Shown: positions 50,510-62,707 of the stretch, in pieces
Layout: each line of letters opens with the position of its first letter
Numbering within the stretch: position 1 is the stretch's first letter
Assembly (NCBI RefSeq): GCF_006345805.1
Contig: NC_043002.1
Coordinates: forward strand, 90,954,001 to 91,018,000
DNA length: 64,000 nucleotides
Origin: Octopus sinensis
Taxonomy: Eukaryota
Direction: 5' to 3'
Program-made: the position numbers and the translations under genes
The notes under the pieces: model-generated
What the model saw: only the letters and a program-made list of their open reading frames with translations
What the model was told of the DNA's origin: nothing
Database searches by the model: none

Positions 50510-50510
<1 letters not shown>
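49998..50510 (-). mobile_element. Non-autonomous Helitron
   Basis: Minus strand TC (50509-50510) to CTAG (49998-50001) with subterminal GC hairpin; termini shared with 37203-37598. Confidence 0.85.
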
Positions 50511-50529
<19 letters not shown>

Positions 50530-50545
<16 letters not shown>

Positions 50546-51060
50546 TTTATGAGAGGTAATGATGTCATTGAGACCCAAAGGTGTTAGGTAATGCTGAATA
50601 AGTGCTATAGATAGACCATAGTTAAGTTCCAGGTTCGGTGATTATGCGAATAAGGGGTTCAACGTTGGTCATATGTCAGCGTGTGTATACCATTCTGCCT
50701 ATCAGTGAGGGGGACCAGTGCATATTGATGCCGTCGAGAGGTAGGCCCCGAAATGGTGCGCATTCTCTCCTGATTACCCCATACACTTGCTGCCTTCTAG
50801 TATACGGAGCTTTTGACTGGTAGCACTTGCATGTGCAAGTTGTTTGTAAGACATCCCTACATATCTCATATCTATTTTCTTTTCTTTTCTCCGCCTCACT
50901 CTCTATTTTATATCTTATCTAAATTAAACTATTTCTTAACCATCCTCTCACACCATCGCTGATGAAGGGCTACAATAAATATTCTGGAAACAGCTGTAAG
51001 ACCTTCTATCTATTAATGTTCTAATTCTACACACCCTTGGTTTTTTATCTCATTACAAAA
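50530..51060 (+). mobile_element. PLE-type terminal region with hammerhead-like motif, ending in (TA)n
   Basis: CTGATGA (50959-50965)...GAAA-CAGCTG-TA (50987-50998); stems I and II weak. Confidence 0.5.
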
Positions 51061-51071
51061 AAAAATTTATT

Positions 51072-51154
<83 letters not shown>

Positions 51155-51244
51155 TCCGTAATAATGAAGGGTGAAATTAATTAATTTGGAAAATTATCAA
51201 TTACACCAAGTAGTCTTCGGCATGTAAAAGCCTCATTCGAGAAA

Positions 51245-51460
51245 ATTTAAGTAATACTAAGCAATAAGGGTTTAGCAACGAGTTGCCTTACCACATACCG
51301 AATTTAGAAATAGCAGTCAAAGGGTTATAGCTATTTCTTCTACTAAAAACCTCCCTTTTTAGTAGAAGAAATAGCTATAACCCTTTGACTGCTATTTCTA
51401 AATTCGGTATGTGGTAAGGCAACTCGTTGCTAAACCCTTATTGCTTAGTATTACTTAAAT
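51245..51460. repeat. Perfect 105-bp palindrome with 6-nt loop in a PLE-like fragment between (TA)n arrays
   Basis: 51245-51349 is the exact reverse complement of 51356-51460; shares 'gaaatagcagtcaaa' with the 34-kb element. Confidence 0.95.
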
Positions 51461-51474
51461 ATATATATATATAT

Positions 51475-51505
<31 letters not shown>

Positions 51506-51506
<1 letters not shown>

Positions 51507-51801
51507 GAGGCGCAATGGCCTAGTGGTTCGGGCAGCGGACTTGCGGTCGCAGGATCGCGGTTTCGATTCCCAGACCGGGCGTTGTGTGTGTTAATTGAGC
51601 GAAAACACCTAAAAGCTCCAAGAGGCTCCGGCAGGTGGGGGGGGGTGATCCCTGCTGTACTCTTTCACCAATCTTTCTTCTGTTGGCCTGCTCGCTTAGC
51701 CAGCGGGGTGGCGTCATTCGAAGGCTAAAACAATGCGAACGCATTGTGACCAGCGATGTGTAACAACATCTGATGGTCTCGTCGGTCACGTGATCACGTG
51801 A
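51506..51801 (+). mobile_element. SINE with D-type head and a different 3' tail
   Basis: First ~165 nt match 39222; after 'tctttcaccaa' it continues with unrelated 'ggcctgctcgcttagccagcggggtggcg...cacgtgatcacgtga'. Confidence 0.8.
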
Positions 51802-52289
51802 TATATATATATATATATACGAAGGCTTCTTTCAGTTTCCGTCTACCAAACCTGGTCTCTGCCCGAGGCTATGGTAGAAGACACTTTCCCAAGGTGCCAC
51901 ACAGTGGGACTGAACACAGAACCATGTGGTTGAGAAGCTAGCTTCTTACCATACAGCCACACCTACCATAAAAGTCAGGATGTAGGAGAGGTGAATATAT
52001 ATTTATTTAACCACATGACATTTTTTTTGCAACCTCCTTTATATAGTACTAATTTCAGTGTGAAAGAAGTTATGCTGACATGTTTGCGTAAATATCTATG
52101 CTCGGCATTATACAGTACAATCACATGTTCACAAATCAATGCATATAAAGAAAGCTAGCTCATCACATCGCTGGAAGTTCATGGTTACATCAACGATTCC
52201 AGTCAGAGTTGAATGTTGCTTTTTGCTGTTAAGAGTGACTTCTGTTGCAGCAATAGCTAGTTATTTATTTTTTTTTTTTTTACTGTTGG

Positions 52290-52433
52290 TTGCGGTGTGA
52301 AGTCACTGTTGCTATTGTTGTTGTTGCTGTTGTTGTTATTGTTGCAATAATAACAACAACAACACTAGTTGTTGCAGTGTTTAATTTTGGTTGCGACCAA
52401 AAACAGTCAAGGCAAAGGTGTAGAGTGAATCAG

Positions 52434-52465
<32 letters not shown>

Positions 52466-52553
52466 TGCTGCTACTACTACTACTACTATTACTACAACTG
52501 GTGGTGGTGGTAGTGGTGATTGTGGTGATGGTACTTGTAGTATTGGTAGTAAC

Positions 52554-52586
<33 letters not shown>

Positions 52587-52647
52587 GGCAGTAGTGGTAG
52601 TAGTGATGGTGGTGGTGGCGACGGTGGTGGCGATGGTGGCGATGGCG

Positions 52648-52683
<36 letters not shown>

Positions 52684-52685
52684 CA
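52290..52685. repeat. Mixed trinucleotide arrays (TTG, CAG, TAG, GGT)
   Basis: Direct reading. Confidence 0.9.
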
Positions 52686-53544
52686 TCCTTTAATTGTGAT
52701 TCACACATTTCATGCATGATATCACAATTCAGCTGAATCCACCTTGCACCCACTCCCCACTCCTTTCTCTAATGAACATTCTCGAATTAAAAGGATAAAA
52801 AGAAAAAGAAAAATGAGTAAAACACAAAAATAAAAGTAAAATAATGAAAAAAACCACAACCTAGAAAAATCCCAATCCAATGTTTCATTTCCTTATTCCT
52901 CCACCATTGCTCCCTTCTTTTTTCCTACTTCCACCCCTACCCCATCTCCACCACCTCACCCCTGATTCCATCAATTTTTCTGGCATCATTTTCCCATAAC
53001 TTTCTGAGCTACTCTCTCCATTCATCCCTTTCTCAACTACTAGTTTTTATTTAACCCCCAACCCTGTCTAACCCATCCCTCCATCCATCCATCCATCCAT
53101 CCATCCATCCATCCACCCATCCATCCAGGCAGCCATTCATTCAACCATCTACCCAACCAACTCATTCACTAGCTGAATCTATTGACAGTCCTCCAACTAC
53201 TATCACTACCACCGTCACCACCACTACCACCAACACTAACACACTATTGCAACTACAATCACTACCAACACCCTTGCAGATACCCAAGTAACTATGAGTG
53301 ATAGAGGTATGTATAAGGCAATAAGGGTATCTAAAGGTAAATATAAATATTTACAGGTCACATGAGTGTCTATGCCTATCTATGGAGCCACATGTGTATC
53401 TATGGGAACTACATGGGTATCAGTAGGGCAACATGTGTAACAGTAAAGCAACATGGATATCCATGAGGTGACAGTATTTATGGGGTAACGTGGGTAACTA
53501 TAGAGCCACGTGGATATTTGTGCGTTAATATAGGTAACTGTGGG

Positions 53545-55310
53545 GCAACATGGTAATCACGGGTGAACTTTTCCATTCCCTTCTAAAGTTCTTGTCTCCC
53601 AATGACCACTGGTATTGTTTTAGTTTTCATATTCCTGATCCTGCTGATTTCAATCTCCAGGTCATTTGCTTTCAGGTTAAAGTATTTGAATTTGTACAGC
53701 AATTTCCATGTACATCATTCCTTTTCATGAATTTGCTCTAGAATTCAGTCAAATATAGCTGCACTGTAGCAAACAACAGCTGTAGGCCAGGTGTTGATGG
53801 CACATACATGGTTTTGAGAATTAAGCTTAGTTTTCAGAACCTTACCCAGTTTATCAAAATAAGACTTTTGTAACTACTCCTTCATCTCACTAAACATTAT
53901 ATCATTTAAATCTAGTACTCTTAGGTTCTTATATTCTGCTTCCTTTAAATCTGGCATTCTTTCTCCATTGGTTAATTCTGTTCCACTTCTATTCTTCCAT
54001 TTTCTCCTGTACATAGTTACCATTGCACACTTTTGTGATACCAATCTCCATTTCTGTGTCTATACTCATTTCATAAACAGTCTGCACCGAGGAGTTAACC
54101 TCCTTTTCTGGTTTTGGAAATGGTTTAAGATCATCCTTAATGAACAAATGATTAAGATCCCCTCCCATTTTTTATAGTTTGTAATCTACACCTGTCTTCT
54201 GAAGTAACATGCTCAATGGAATCAGATCAAGGGAGAAAATGAATTACCTTGAAAGATGCTATGCTCGATAGCCAAACCCTGTTAAGCTCCCAACTGTAGG
54301 AAAACTATTTCTCTGCCTCTTTCATGCTTTCACTCATTTGATTTTTGTAGATTCTCAGTGATCTTAATCATGTTTAGGGGCTTTGATATCCAGAAGGGCA
54401 GTACCACATCATACTCATTTTTTAAATCTACGCAATTCATTGACAAATTAGCTTCTCATGTTTTGCAGTTCCTCATTCTGGTACCACACCATCAAAAGTG
54501 CATTAATCCAGGTAAAAAGCCAGCTTACCTTGTCTATTCTTGAATCCTCTCATCCAGAAGCCTTGGATTCTATCAGGCCCTGGAGCTTTCCATTTCTGTA
54601 GCCCCTTAACCTGATTTTCCACATCCTCATGTATCTCTCTGATTGGATTCTGTTCATTTACCACCTTGATTACTAGATCATTTACTTCCAACAACCATTT
54701 CGCTTCCCAGTTGAGTACCACTGGCTGAAACCACAGATCTAACCAAAAGTGTAGGAGGTACAAAATGAGAATATCCGAAATAAAATTGACTGCTCTCACA
54801 AACGGGAATACTAAAAATGAACCCAAACTGGAAAAATAATCCAGAATCCTTGTCCGGCACCAGATCGATCCCAAAATCTTATCCTTTCATGTCAGTCATG
54901 AGGCCGAAAGTTTCATTCAAATCCAAAAATCAGGAGGTATACACACCCCAGTTTCACCGTTCAAATTCCTATAAAACTGCTACTGGTTTCAGCAAAAGGT
55001 CTTTTTACTGTTTTTGAGTAGTTCTTTCCAAGAATCTCCTGATTTTCATTACTTTCCAGGGGATCTGCATCTTATTTTTCCATCTTTGTTCAAAAACCCT
55101 TCTCTTTCAGGTTGTATTTCCTTTCAAACATTCTTTACTTGTATTCCTTAGCATTCTTCCAACACACATTATACCAACTCGCTGTCTTCCCTAGATGCTT
55201 TCTCAAAATTGCTATATCTCATTCAATTCACCTTCCATCCTTTCCTGTGTCCATCTGCTTAACACCTATTCATTCTCTCACTGCAAATGCCAAGATTCTG
55301 TGATATCACC
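53545..55310 (-). mobile_element. R4/Dong-like non-LTR retrotransposon, degenerate RT region with internal deletion
   Basis: KWKAPGPDRIQGFW; SIFQGNSFSPL; NHLFIKDDLK (YMDD equivalent); jumps to C-terminal DLEIEISRIRNMKTKTIPVVIG; many stops and frameshifts. Confidence 0.82.
54742..54915 (-). mobile_element. HINE-like fragment inserted in the Dong-like element
   Basis: Reverse complement matches 48835-48995. Confidence 0.8.
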
Positions 55311-55335
55311 CACCTATACATACTGCAAAACTCTA

Positions 55336-55719
55336 TTAACTCTTTAGCATTTAAACTGACCATATCTGGTCAAAGTATTCTACCCATCTTATGTTCAAAC
55401 TGGCCAGATCTGGTTTTTCACACCAACCCCATAATATCATTCTAAAAATTAACAAGTACCTCATCAAAATCTCATTGCTACAAAACAGTGCTCTCTTTTA
55501 TTCTTTTACTTATTTCTGTCATTTGACTGTAGCCATGCTGGAGTACCGCCTTTAGTCAAGCAAATCGACCCCAGGATTTATTCTTTGTAAGCCTAGTACT
55601 TATTCTATCGGTCGCTTTCACCGAACCGCTAAGATACGGGAACGTAACACACCAGCATCGGTTGTCAAGCGATGTTGGGGGGGACAAACATAGACACACA
55701 AACGTAAACGCACACACAT

Positions 55720-55754
<35 letters not shown>

Positions 55755-56025
55755 TACACACACACATATATATATATATGTATATACATATATAAATATA
55801 TATATATATACATATACATATATATGACGAGCTTCTTTTAGTTTCCATCTACCGAATCCACTCACAAGGTTTTGGTCGGCCCAAGGCTATAGTAGAAGAC
55901 ACTTGCCCAAGGTGCCATGCAGTGAGACTGAACCTGGAACCACGTGGTTCGTTAGCAAGCTACTTACCAATGTGAATAAAAAAGAATTTATTTTTGACCG
56001 AATATTGTGAATGCTAAAGGGTTAA
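55336..56025 (-). mobile_element. TTAA MITE family G interrupted by SINE B (-, ~55493-55968)
   Basis: TTAA-ctctttagcat ... atgctaaaggg-TTAA; the MITE sequence resumes after the SINE. Confidence 0.78.
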
Positions 56026-56194
56026 CCATTATGGGTTCCACTATGCAGTGTTTCCTATTGACAAACTATAAGTTAATTGGTTCTTGTTGATTACCACATA
56101 TTTTTAGTTTAGTTAGTCTACCAACTATTTCCTTTTCATTGCCCTCTAGGTCAGACTATAACTGTACTTAAGATACTCAGTTTCTACAAGCATA

Positions 56195-56960
56195 TTTATG
56201 TGCCGGTGACACGTAAAAAGCACCAATCTGATCGTGGCATGTAAAAAGCACCTACTACACTCACGGAGTGGTTGGCGTTAGGAAGGGCATCCAGCTGTAG
56301 AAACACTGCCAGATTAGACTGGGGCCTGGTGCAGCCTTCTGGCTTCCCAGATCCCGGTAGAACCATCCAACCCATGCTAGCATGGAAAATGGATGTGAAA
56401 CGATGATGATGATAATGATGATGATATTCCATTGCAACCATATCATTATCCTGGTTTCCATTATTTTCAGCTACCCTGCTTACTACATCCTATTGTATGC
56501 TGTCAGGTTCATCAACTATAATTTCATCATCATTTGTCAGTGAGGGCTGAGGTGGTGAAGCATGATCTTTGAATGTTAGGCCTCATGTAGGTAATGACAA
56601 GTGGCCGAGACCTTTGGCAATATGTGGTGCTTGAGAAGACTCATCAAGCTCCAGTGAAATTATAGTCTTCACTGTTGCCAATGTCATGTAAGTGGCACCC
56701 TTGAAATCGTATCTATGTCGGTGTCATGCAAACGGCACCTGGTGGCATGTAAAGAGCACCAATTACACTCTTGGCGTGGTTGGGATTAAGAAGGCCATCT
56801 AGCCATAGAAACCACGCCAAATCAGACTGGAACTTGGTGCAGCCCTTCAGTTTACCTGTACCAGTCAAGCCATTTAACCTATGCCATCATGGAAAGCAGA
56901 CGTTAAATGATGGTGATGATGGTGGTGGTGGTGGTGGTGGTGGTGGTGGTGGTGATGATT
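56195..56960 (+). mobile_element. Two SINE C copies (56195-56420, 56560-56960)
   Basis: C body and (GAT)/(GGT) tails. Confidence 0.8.
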
Positions 56961-57263
56961 TCAAAAGTTCTTTAAAGTCATGTTGATCTTGCTGTCTTCT
57001 CTCAACACTGCACATTGGTTCTTCAATTTCTTAAACAGTAAGATTGTATCTTTTTCTGTATAACACAGAGATGGTACATAAGAGATATTCACATTGATCT
57101 CAAACATTTCTCATTTTTTGGGGTTTTTTTTCTGATGCCATGTTTGAAGCCAAAGCATTTTAGGCTTCAAAGACCAGCCTTGTTATCCATCAACTTTTGA
57201 CCAGCGTTTTCAAAAAAATTCAAATTTCACTTGCCAGGTCCAACCACAGGTATTCCAATTACC

Positions 57264-57491
57264 TATTTCTTTACTACCCACAAGGGGCTAAACACAGAGA
57301 GGACAAACAAGGACAGACAAACGGATTAAGTCGATTATATCGACCCCAGTGCTTAACTGCTACTTATTTTATCGACCCTGAAAGGATGAAAGGCAAAGTC
57401 GACCTTGGCGGAATTTGAACTCAGAACGTAGCGGCAGGCGAAATACCACAAAGCAATTCGCCCAGCAAGCTAACGTTTCTGCCAGCTCGCT
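57264..57491 (-). mobile_element. SINE family A with 17-bp TSD (1 mismatch)
   Basis: caggtattccaattacc (57247-57263) / caggtattccagttacc (57493-57509). Confidence 0.9.
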
Positions 57492-57752
57492 GCAGGTATT
57501 CCAGTTACCGTTTTGGTATTCGCAGGTATTCCAGTTACCGTTTTGGGATTCTCTTCAACAGTCCCATATCCTTAGCAGTTTCTGGCTTCATTATTTTTTT
57601 TTTCTTTCATCATCACAAGATTGAGTTGGTTGAAAAAGGGTTACTTGTTCCCTAGAGAGTTCATTGTGATTTGCACCTGCTTACTAAAACAGTATAGCTG
57701 CACTAGATGGATTGCCAGCCAAGACACCATCATCATCATCGTTGCTGTTAGA

Positions 57753-57754
<2 letters not shown>

Positions 57755-57789
<35 letters not shown>

Positions 57790-57811
57790 TATTATTATTA
57801 TTATTAGTATT

Positions 57812-57871
<60 letters not shown>

Positions 57872-57875
57872 GTTG

Positions 57876-57923
<48 letters not shown>

Positions 57924-59420
57924 CTACCTTAGTTACCACCACCATTCCCTTATCCCATCCCCATTATCACCACAACCACTACTGCTGACTTGTAACTCTC
58001 ACATTCCACTACCCCCACATCTATCACTGCCTCTCCACCACCCCCATATCCTATTAACCCCATTCATTCACTACTACTACTACTACTACTACTACTTTTG
58101 TTGTTGCTGTTGCTACTGCTGCTACTACTTCTATCATTGTTACTATCACTATCACTACACCTATTATTAGTACATTGAGCACCACCACTATTACATCTGC
58201 TGCTACTACTACTACTGTTTGTACCACAACCACCCCAAATACCACCACTAACATTACCAAAGTACAACCACCACCACAAGTTACTACTACTACTGCTGCT
58301 GCTGCTACTACTCCTACTCCTACTCCTACTCCTCAAACCTCTTCTATCCTCTTCCAGTCTCTCCCCCACCCTACCTGTTGTCCCTCCATCAGTCATTATT
58401 TTCATTATTTCCTTTTATCTTTCCCATCTTTTTAATTGCCACATCATCACACATCACCTCATCTTGTTATTGTTGTTGTTGTTGTTGTTGTGCATCATCG
58501 TTATTGTCATCTCAGTCATCATCATCATTACCACCGTCGTCCTGATCACCATCATCTTCATCATCATCATCATCATCATCATCGTCATTATCATCATTAT
58601 TATCATCATCATCACCACCATCACCAGTATGATTGGCATTATCAATCACAATCATCATCATCATCATCATTAATACCACTGCCACCACCACCACCACCAC
58701 CATCGTCATCATTACCACCATCAACATCATCATTACCACCATCAACATCATCATTACCATCATCATCATCATCATCATCATCATCACCATCATCATCATT
58801 ACCATCATCATCATTACCACGACGAAGACGACGACGACCACCATCATCATTATCACCATCATCATTATCACCATCATCATTATCACCATCATCATTATCA
58901 TCATTACGACGATAGCGACGACGACCATCACGACCACCATCATCATCATCACTATTACCACCACCACCACCACCACCACCACCACCACCACCACCATCAT
59001 CATCATTACCACTGTCAGTACCACTATAATCATGATTGTCTTCCATTATCACCATCATTATCACATCCTCACCACTGCTGTCATCATCATCACCACCACC
59101 ACCACCACCACCACTATCAGCATCATCAGCATCATCATTATCATCACCAGCAGCAGCAGTGGTGGCAACAGCAGCCTCGTCATCACTATCGTAGTCATCA
59201 CATTCGTCATTCTCATCATCATCATCATCACAACCACCACCACCACCACCACACCACCACCATCATCATCATCACCATCATCATCATCAATACCATATCA
59301 CAGACATTATCGTGGGTGAGCAACATGAGGCTTGTACTGCTGGGACTTGTCATCCTTGTTGCTGCTGCTAATGTTGTTGCTACTGTTGCTACAGCTGCTG
59401 CTGCTGCTGCTGCTAATGCT
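57755..59420. repeat. Long compound trinucleotide region (ATT, CTA, CAT, CAC, GCT)
   Basis: Direct reading; source of the long low-complexity ORFs. Confidence 0.95.
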
Positions 59421-59519
59421 ACTGTTGCTAACACACATCTTATTTAATACCCTAAATTATTGCATTACCACTGTTAGTGCTCTTGATGTTACCAGTTATT
59501 GATGTTGTCAATATATGCA

Positions 59520-60135
59520 CTTGCTTTCTCTCACTCTTTCTCTGCCTCTCTCTTGCTCTCTCTCCCTCGCTCTCTCTTTCACTCACTCTCTCTCTCTCTC
59601 TGTCTCTTTCTCTGTCTCCCTCTGTGTCTCCTCACTACATGTCTATATCCCTCTGTCTTCTTTTTTCTCATCCTCTCTTCTCACAAGAAGTCTCTATCTC
59701 TCCACGTTTGCCTCTCCCTCTCCTCTCTCCTTCTCTCTGTCTCTCCCTCTCTCTCTCCCTCCTCTCCCTCTCTCTCCCTCTTCTCCCTCTCTCTCCCTCC
59801 TCTCCCTCTCTCTCCCTCTTCTCCCTCTCTCTCCCTCCTCTCCCTCTCTCTCCCTCTTCTCCCTCTCTCCCTCCCTCCTCTCCCTCTCTCTCCCTCTTCT
59901 CCTCTCTCTCCCTCCTCTCCCTCTCTCTCCCTCTCTCCCTCTCTCTCCCTCTCTCCCTCTCTCTCCCTCCTCTCTCTCCCTCCCTCCTCTCCCTCTCTCT
60001 CCTCTTCTCCCTCTCTCTCCCTCCTCTCCCTCTCTCTCCCTCCTCTCCCTCTCTCTCCCTCTTCTCCCTCTCTCTCCCTCTTCTCCCTCTCTCTCCCTCC
60101 TCTCCCTCTCTCTGTCTCTCTCTCTGTCTCTCTCT
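59520..60135. repeat. Polypyrimidine (CT) minisatellite-like tract
   Basis: Recurrent ~19-nt unit ctccctctctctccct(ctt/cct). Confidence 0.93.
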
Positions 60136-60481
60136 AAGTAATAATAGAAAACAACAAAGCAACACAACTCAAAAAAACCCCCCAGAAATAAGCAACTGTA
60201 ACACAAATATATATGCACGTATACACAAATGCACACATGCATATGCATGTACATATGCACACATATACAGACAGACACACACGCATACATATATACATGC
60301 ACATACACATACATACATTCACATTCAGACGTGCCACAATACTCATACATGAATACACTTCCATAAGTATATACACAAAATAAAGCACATCCATATCTAA
60401 ACGCACACACATACACATAAATACATACACACATACTGATGGATACACATACACACACTCCTCCACTCCTATGTACATATA

Positions 60482-60518
<37 letters not shown>

Positions 60519-60522
60519 GTAT

Positions 60523-60555
<33 letters not shown>

Positions 60556-60713
60556 CATACATATACAAATATACACTCACACACACACAAACACACACAC
60601 ACACACATACACACACACACTAATAATATGATCGAAAATACCTCATAGGGTGTTCTGCTGACTAAATACTCTAATTGTAGAGTTGCACATATTTTTTTTT
60701 TAATTTTCAAATT

Positions 60714-61155
60714 AGCATTTAAACTGACCATATCTGGCCCAAATATGCTACCTGTTTTAATGCCCAAACCAACCAGGTCTGGCCTATCACACCTACTCTT
60801 CAATGTCATTCTAAAAATATGCAATTACATCATACAGATTTCGAAGCTACAAGATAATGCATGATTAGCTCTTTAACATTCGGATGGCGGTGCCCCAGCA
60901 TGGCCACAGCTCATTAGCTGAAACTGGAAAAATCAAAATCAAAATCATAACTCTCTCAAATTAATACTTACTTATTCACATTCTTTTTATATTCTTCATG
61001 CATCACCTTTTAGTTTTGAGATTTTGGTAACGGGCTGTTTATTCTTAGAATGACATTGTAGAGCAAGTGTGAGAGGCCTGATCTGGCTAGTTTGAACATA
61101 AAACAGGCAGAATGTTTGGGGTGTATTTGGCTGCTTTAAATGCTAAAGGGTTGAT
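60714..61155. mobile_element. Two partial family G MITEs in opposite orientation with a SINE B 3' end between them
   Basis: 60714-60870 (-) and 60960-61155 (+, ends atgctaaaggg) match 61988-62219. Confidence 0.65.
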
Positions 61156-61259
61156 TAAAAAACAATGTGAATGAAAAAGCAGTGCATTTAACAGAATAAT
61201 CTGAATGTTAAAGTGAGTTAAGAAACTGCTCTTAACTGAGATTATCCATGTATTAAGTA

Positions 61260-61612
61260 AATGGTGGTGTCTACATGCTAAGAAATTCCCTTTTGTAATC
61301 ATGATGTCCTTGGTTCAATTCCATCATATGATATCTTAAGTAAATATCTTTACTATAACTTCAGGTTGGCCACAGCCTTGTAAGTGAATTTGGGTGAAGG
61401 GGTTTTGTCTTGCAAAGTATTTGATGATCCTGTTAGTGCTGGTGCCAAATAAAAACCACCCAGTACACTCTGTAAAGTGGATGGCATTAGGAAAGGCATT
61501 CAGCTGTAGAAACCATGCCAAAACAGACTATTGAGCATGACACAACTCCCAGTCTTGTCAGCTCCTATTAAACCACTCACGCCAGCATGGAAAATAGACA
61601 TTAAATGATGAT
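61260..61612 (+). mobile_element. Degenerate SINE B head plus SINE C
   Basis: Similarity to other copies in the window. Confidence 0.6.
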
Positions 61613-61987
61613 AAGAAACTGACCAAATAAAAGTGTGTTATATACACTGTACTTATAATGTAAAGGTCCAGTCTTGTATCACAGTAACCCTTTAACCCAA
61701 CACATACACTTTAACTGGTATGACTTCATTTGACTATATCATGTAAAAATGCAAATCCAGACAACCATATTGTGTTCTTTTTACATCTGAAAGTAATGAG
61801 GTTTCCCCAATTAGGGATCTGTACACAGGAAACTATGTGGCTACATGCTTTTGCATCTTTAAGGTGTATGGCCAAACATTGTACCCACAAAAGTGCACTC
61901 ATGGAGTCAAAAGCTTAAGCTTACACATTTCTGTGGAATATTCAACCGCTTTGCGCTCTAATTTATATAAGCACTTTGTCCAGTTGT

Positions 61988-62219
61988 TTAACCCTTTAGT
62001 GTTCAGGTTTCTCTGTCAAGTGTAATGCTTATTTATTTAAACTGATTGGAATTAGTCATGCATTACCTTGTAGCTTTGAGATTTCAATGATGTGATTTCT
62101 TATTTTTAGAAATGACATTGTAAGGTAGGTGTGAGAGACTGGATCTGGCGATCAGTTGGAACATAAAGTAGGAAGAATATTTTGACCAGATATGGCTGGT
62201 TTAAATGCTGAAGGGTTAA
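61988..62219 (+). mobile_element. TTAA MITE family G, complete
   Basis: TTAA-ccctttag ... ctgaaggg-TTAA. Confidence 0.82.
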
Positions 62220-62707
62220 CACCTTCAATACTGACGCACTTTAGACCATCTCTGGTTCTGTGATACAAGCTACTTGTTTTAAAGAGAATTAGATTAAAAC
62301 CTTACTTCAAAATTTTATGTAAATTTAATTTCCAAACTGCAACTTAATAATCCTTTCTTCTACAGGTTCAAAGTTTGAAATTTTGGGGAAGGGGTCAAGT
62401 TGATTATAGTGCTCAAGTGGTACTTGTTTCGTCTACCCCGAAAAGGATGAAAGACAAAATTGACAAAATTGACAAAATTGACAAAATTGACAAAATTGAC
62501 AAAATTGACAAAATTGACAAAATTGTGGTGAAATTCAAACACAGAACATAAAGACAGCATTTTGTCCAGTGTGTTTAACGATTCTGCTATCTGGACACTT
62601 TACAGAAGCTCAAGGAGAATAAAATTTTCTTACAGATTCTCCATTATTTTAAAAATTAGTTGAAACAAAGACTGTATTTCAAAGATATATGGTAACAAAA
62701 GGGTTAA
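62216..62707 (-). mobile_element. Second TTAA-MITE family, interrupted by SINE A' (~62355-62600)
   Basis: TTAA-caccttc ... caaaaggg-TTAA; similar in reverse to 43517-43694. Confidence 0.6.
62453..62524. repeat. Perfect 9-bp tandem repeat (GACAAAATT)x8 inside SINE A'
   Basis: Eight exact units counted. Confidence 0.97.

Noticed and set aside
50702-50765. Second hammerhead-like layout (GGGG...CCCC-GAAA)
   Set aside because: 5' core reads TCAGTGA rather than CTGANGA and stem I is absent.
58064-60824. Longest ORFs in the track (up to 376 aa)
   Set aside because: Entirely trinucleotide, (CT)n and (CA)n read-through with no domain content.
62453-62524. Regular array considered as CRISPR-like
   Set aside because: No spacers, 9-bp unit, eukaryotic context, embedded in a SINE.
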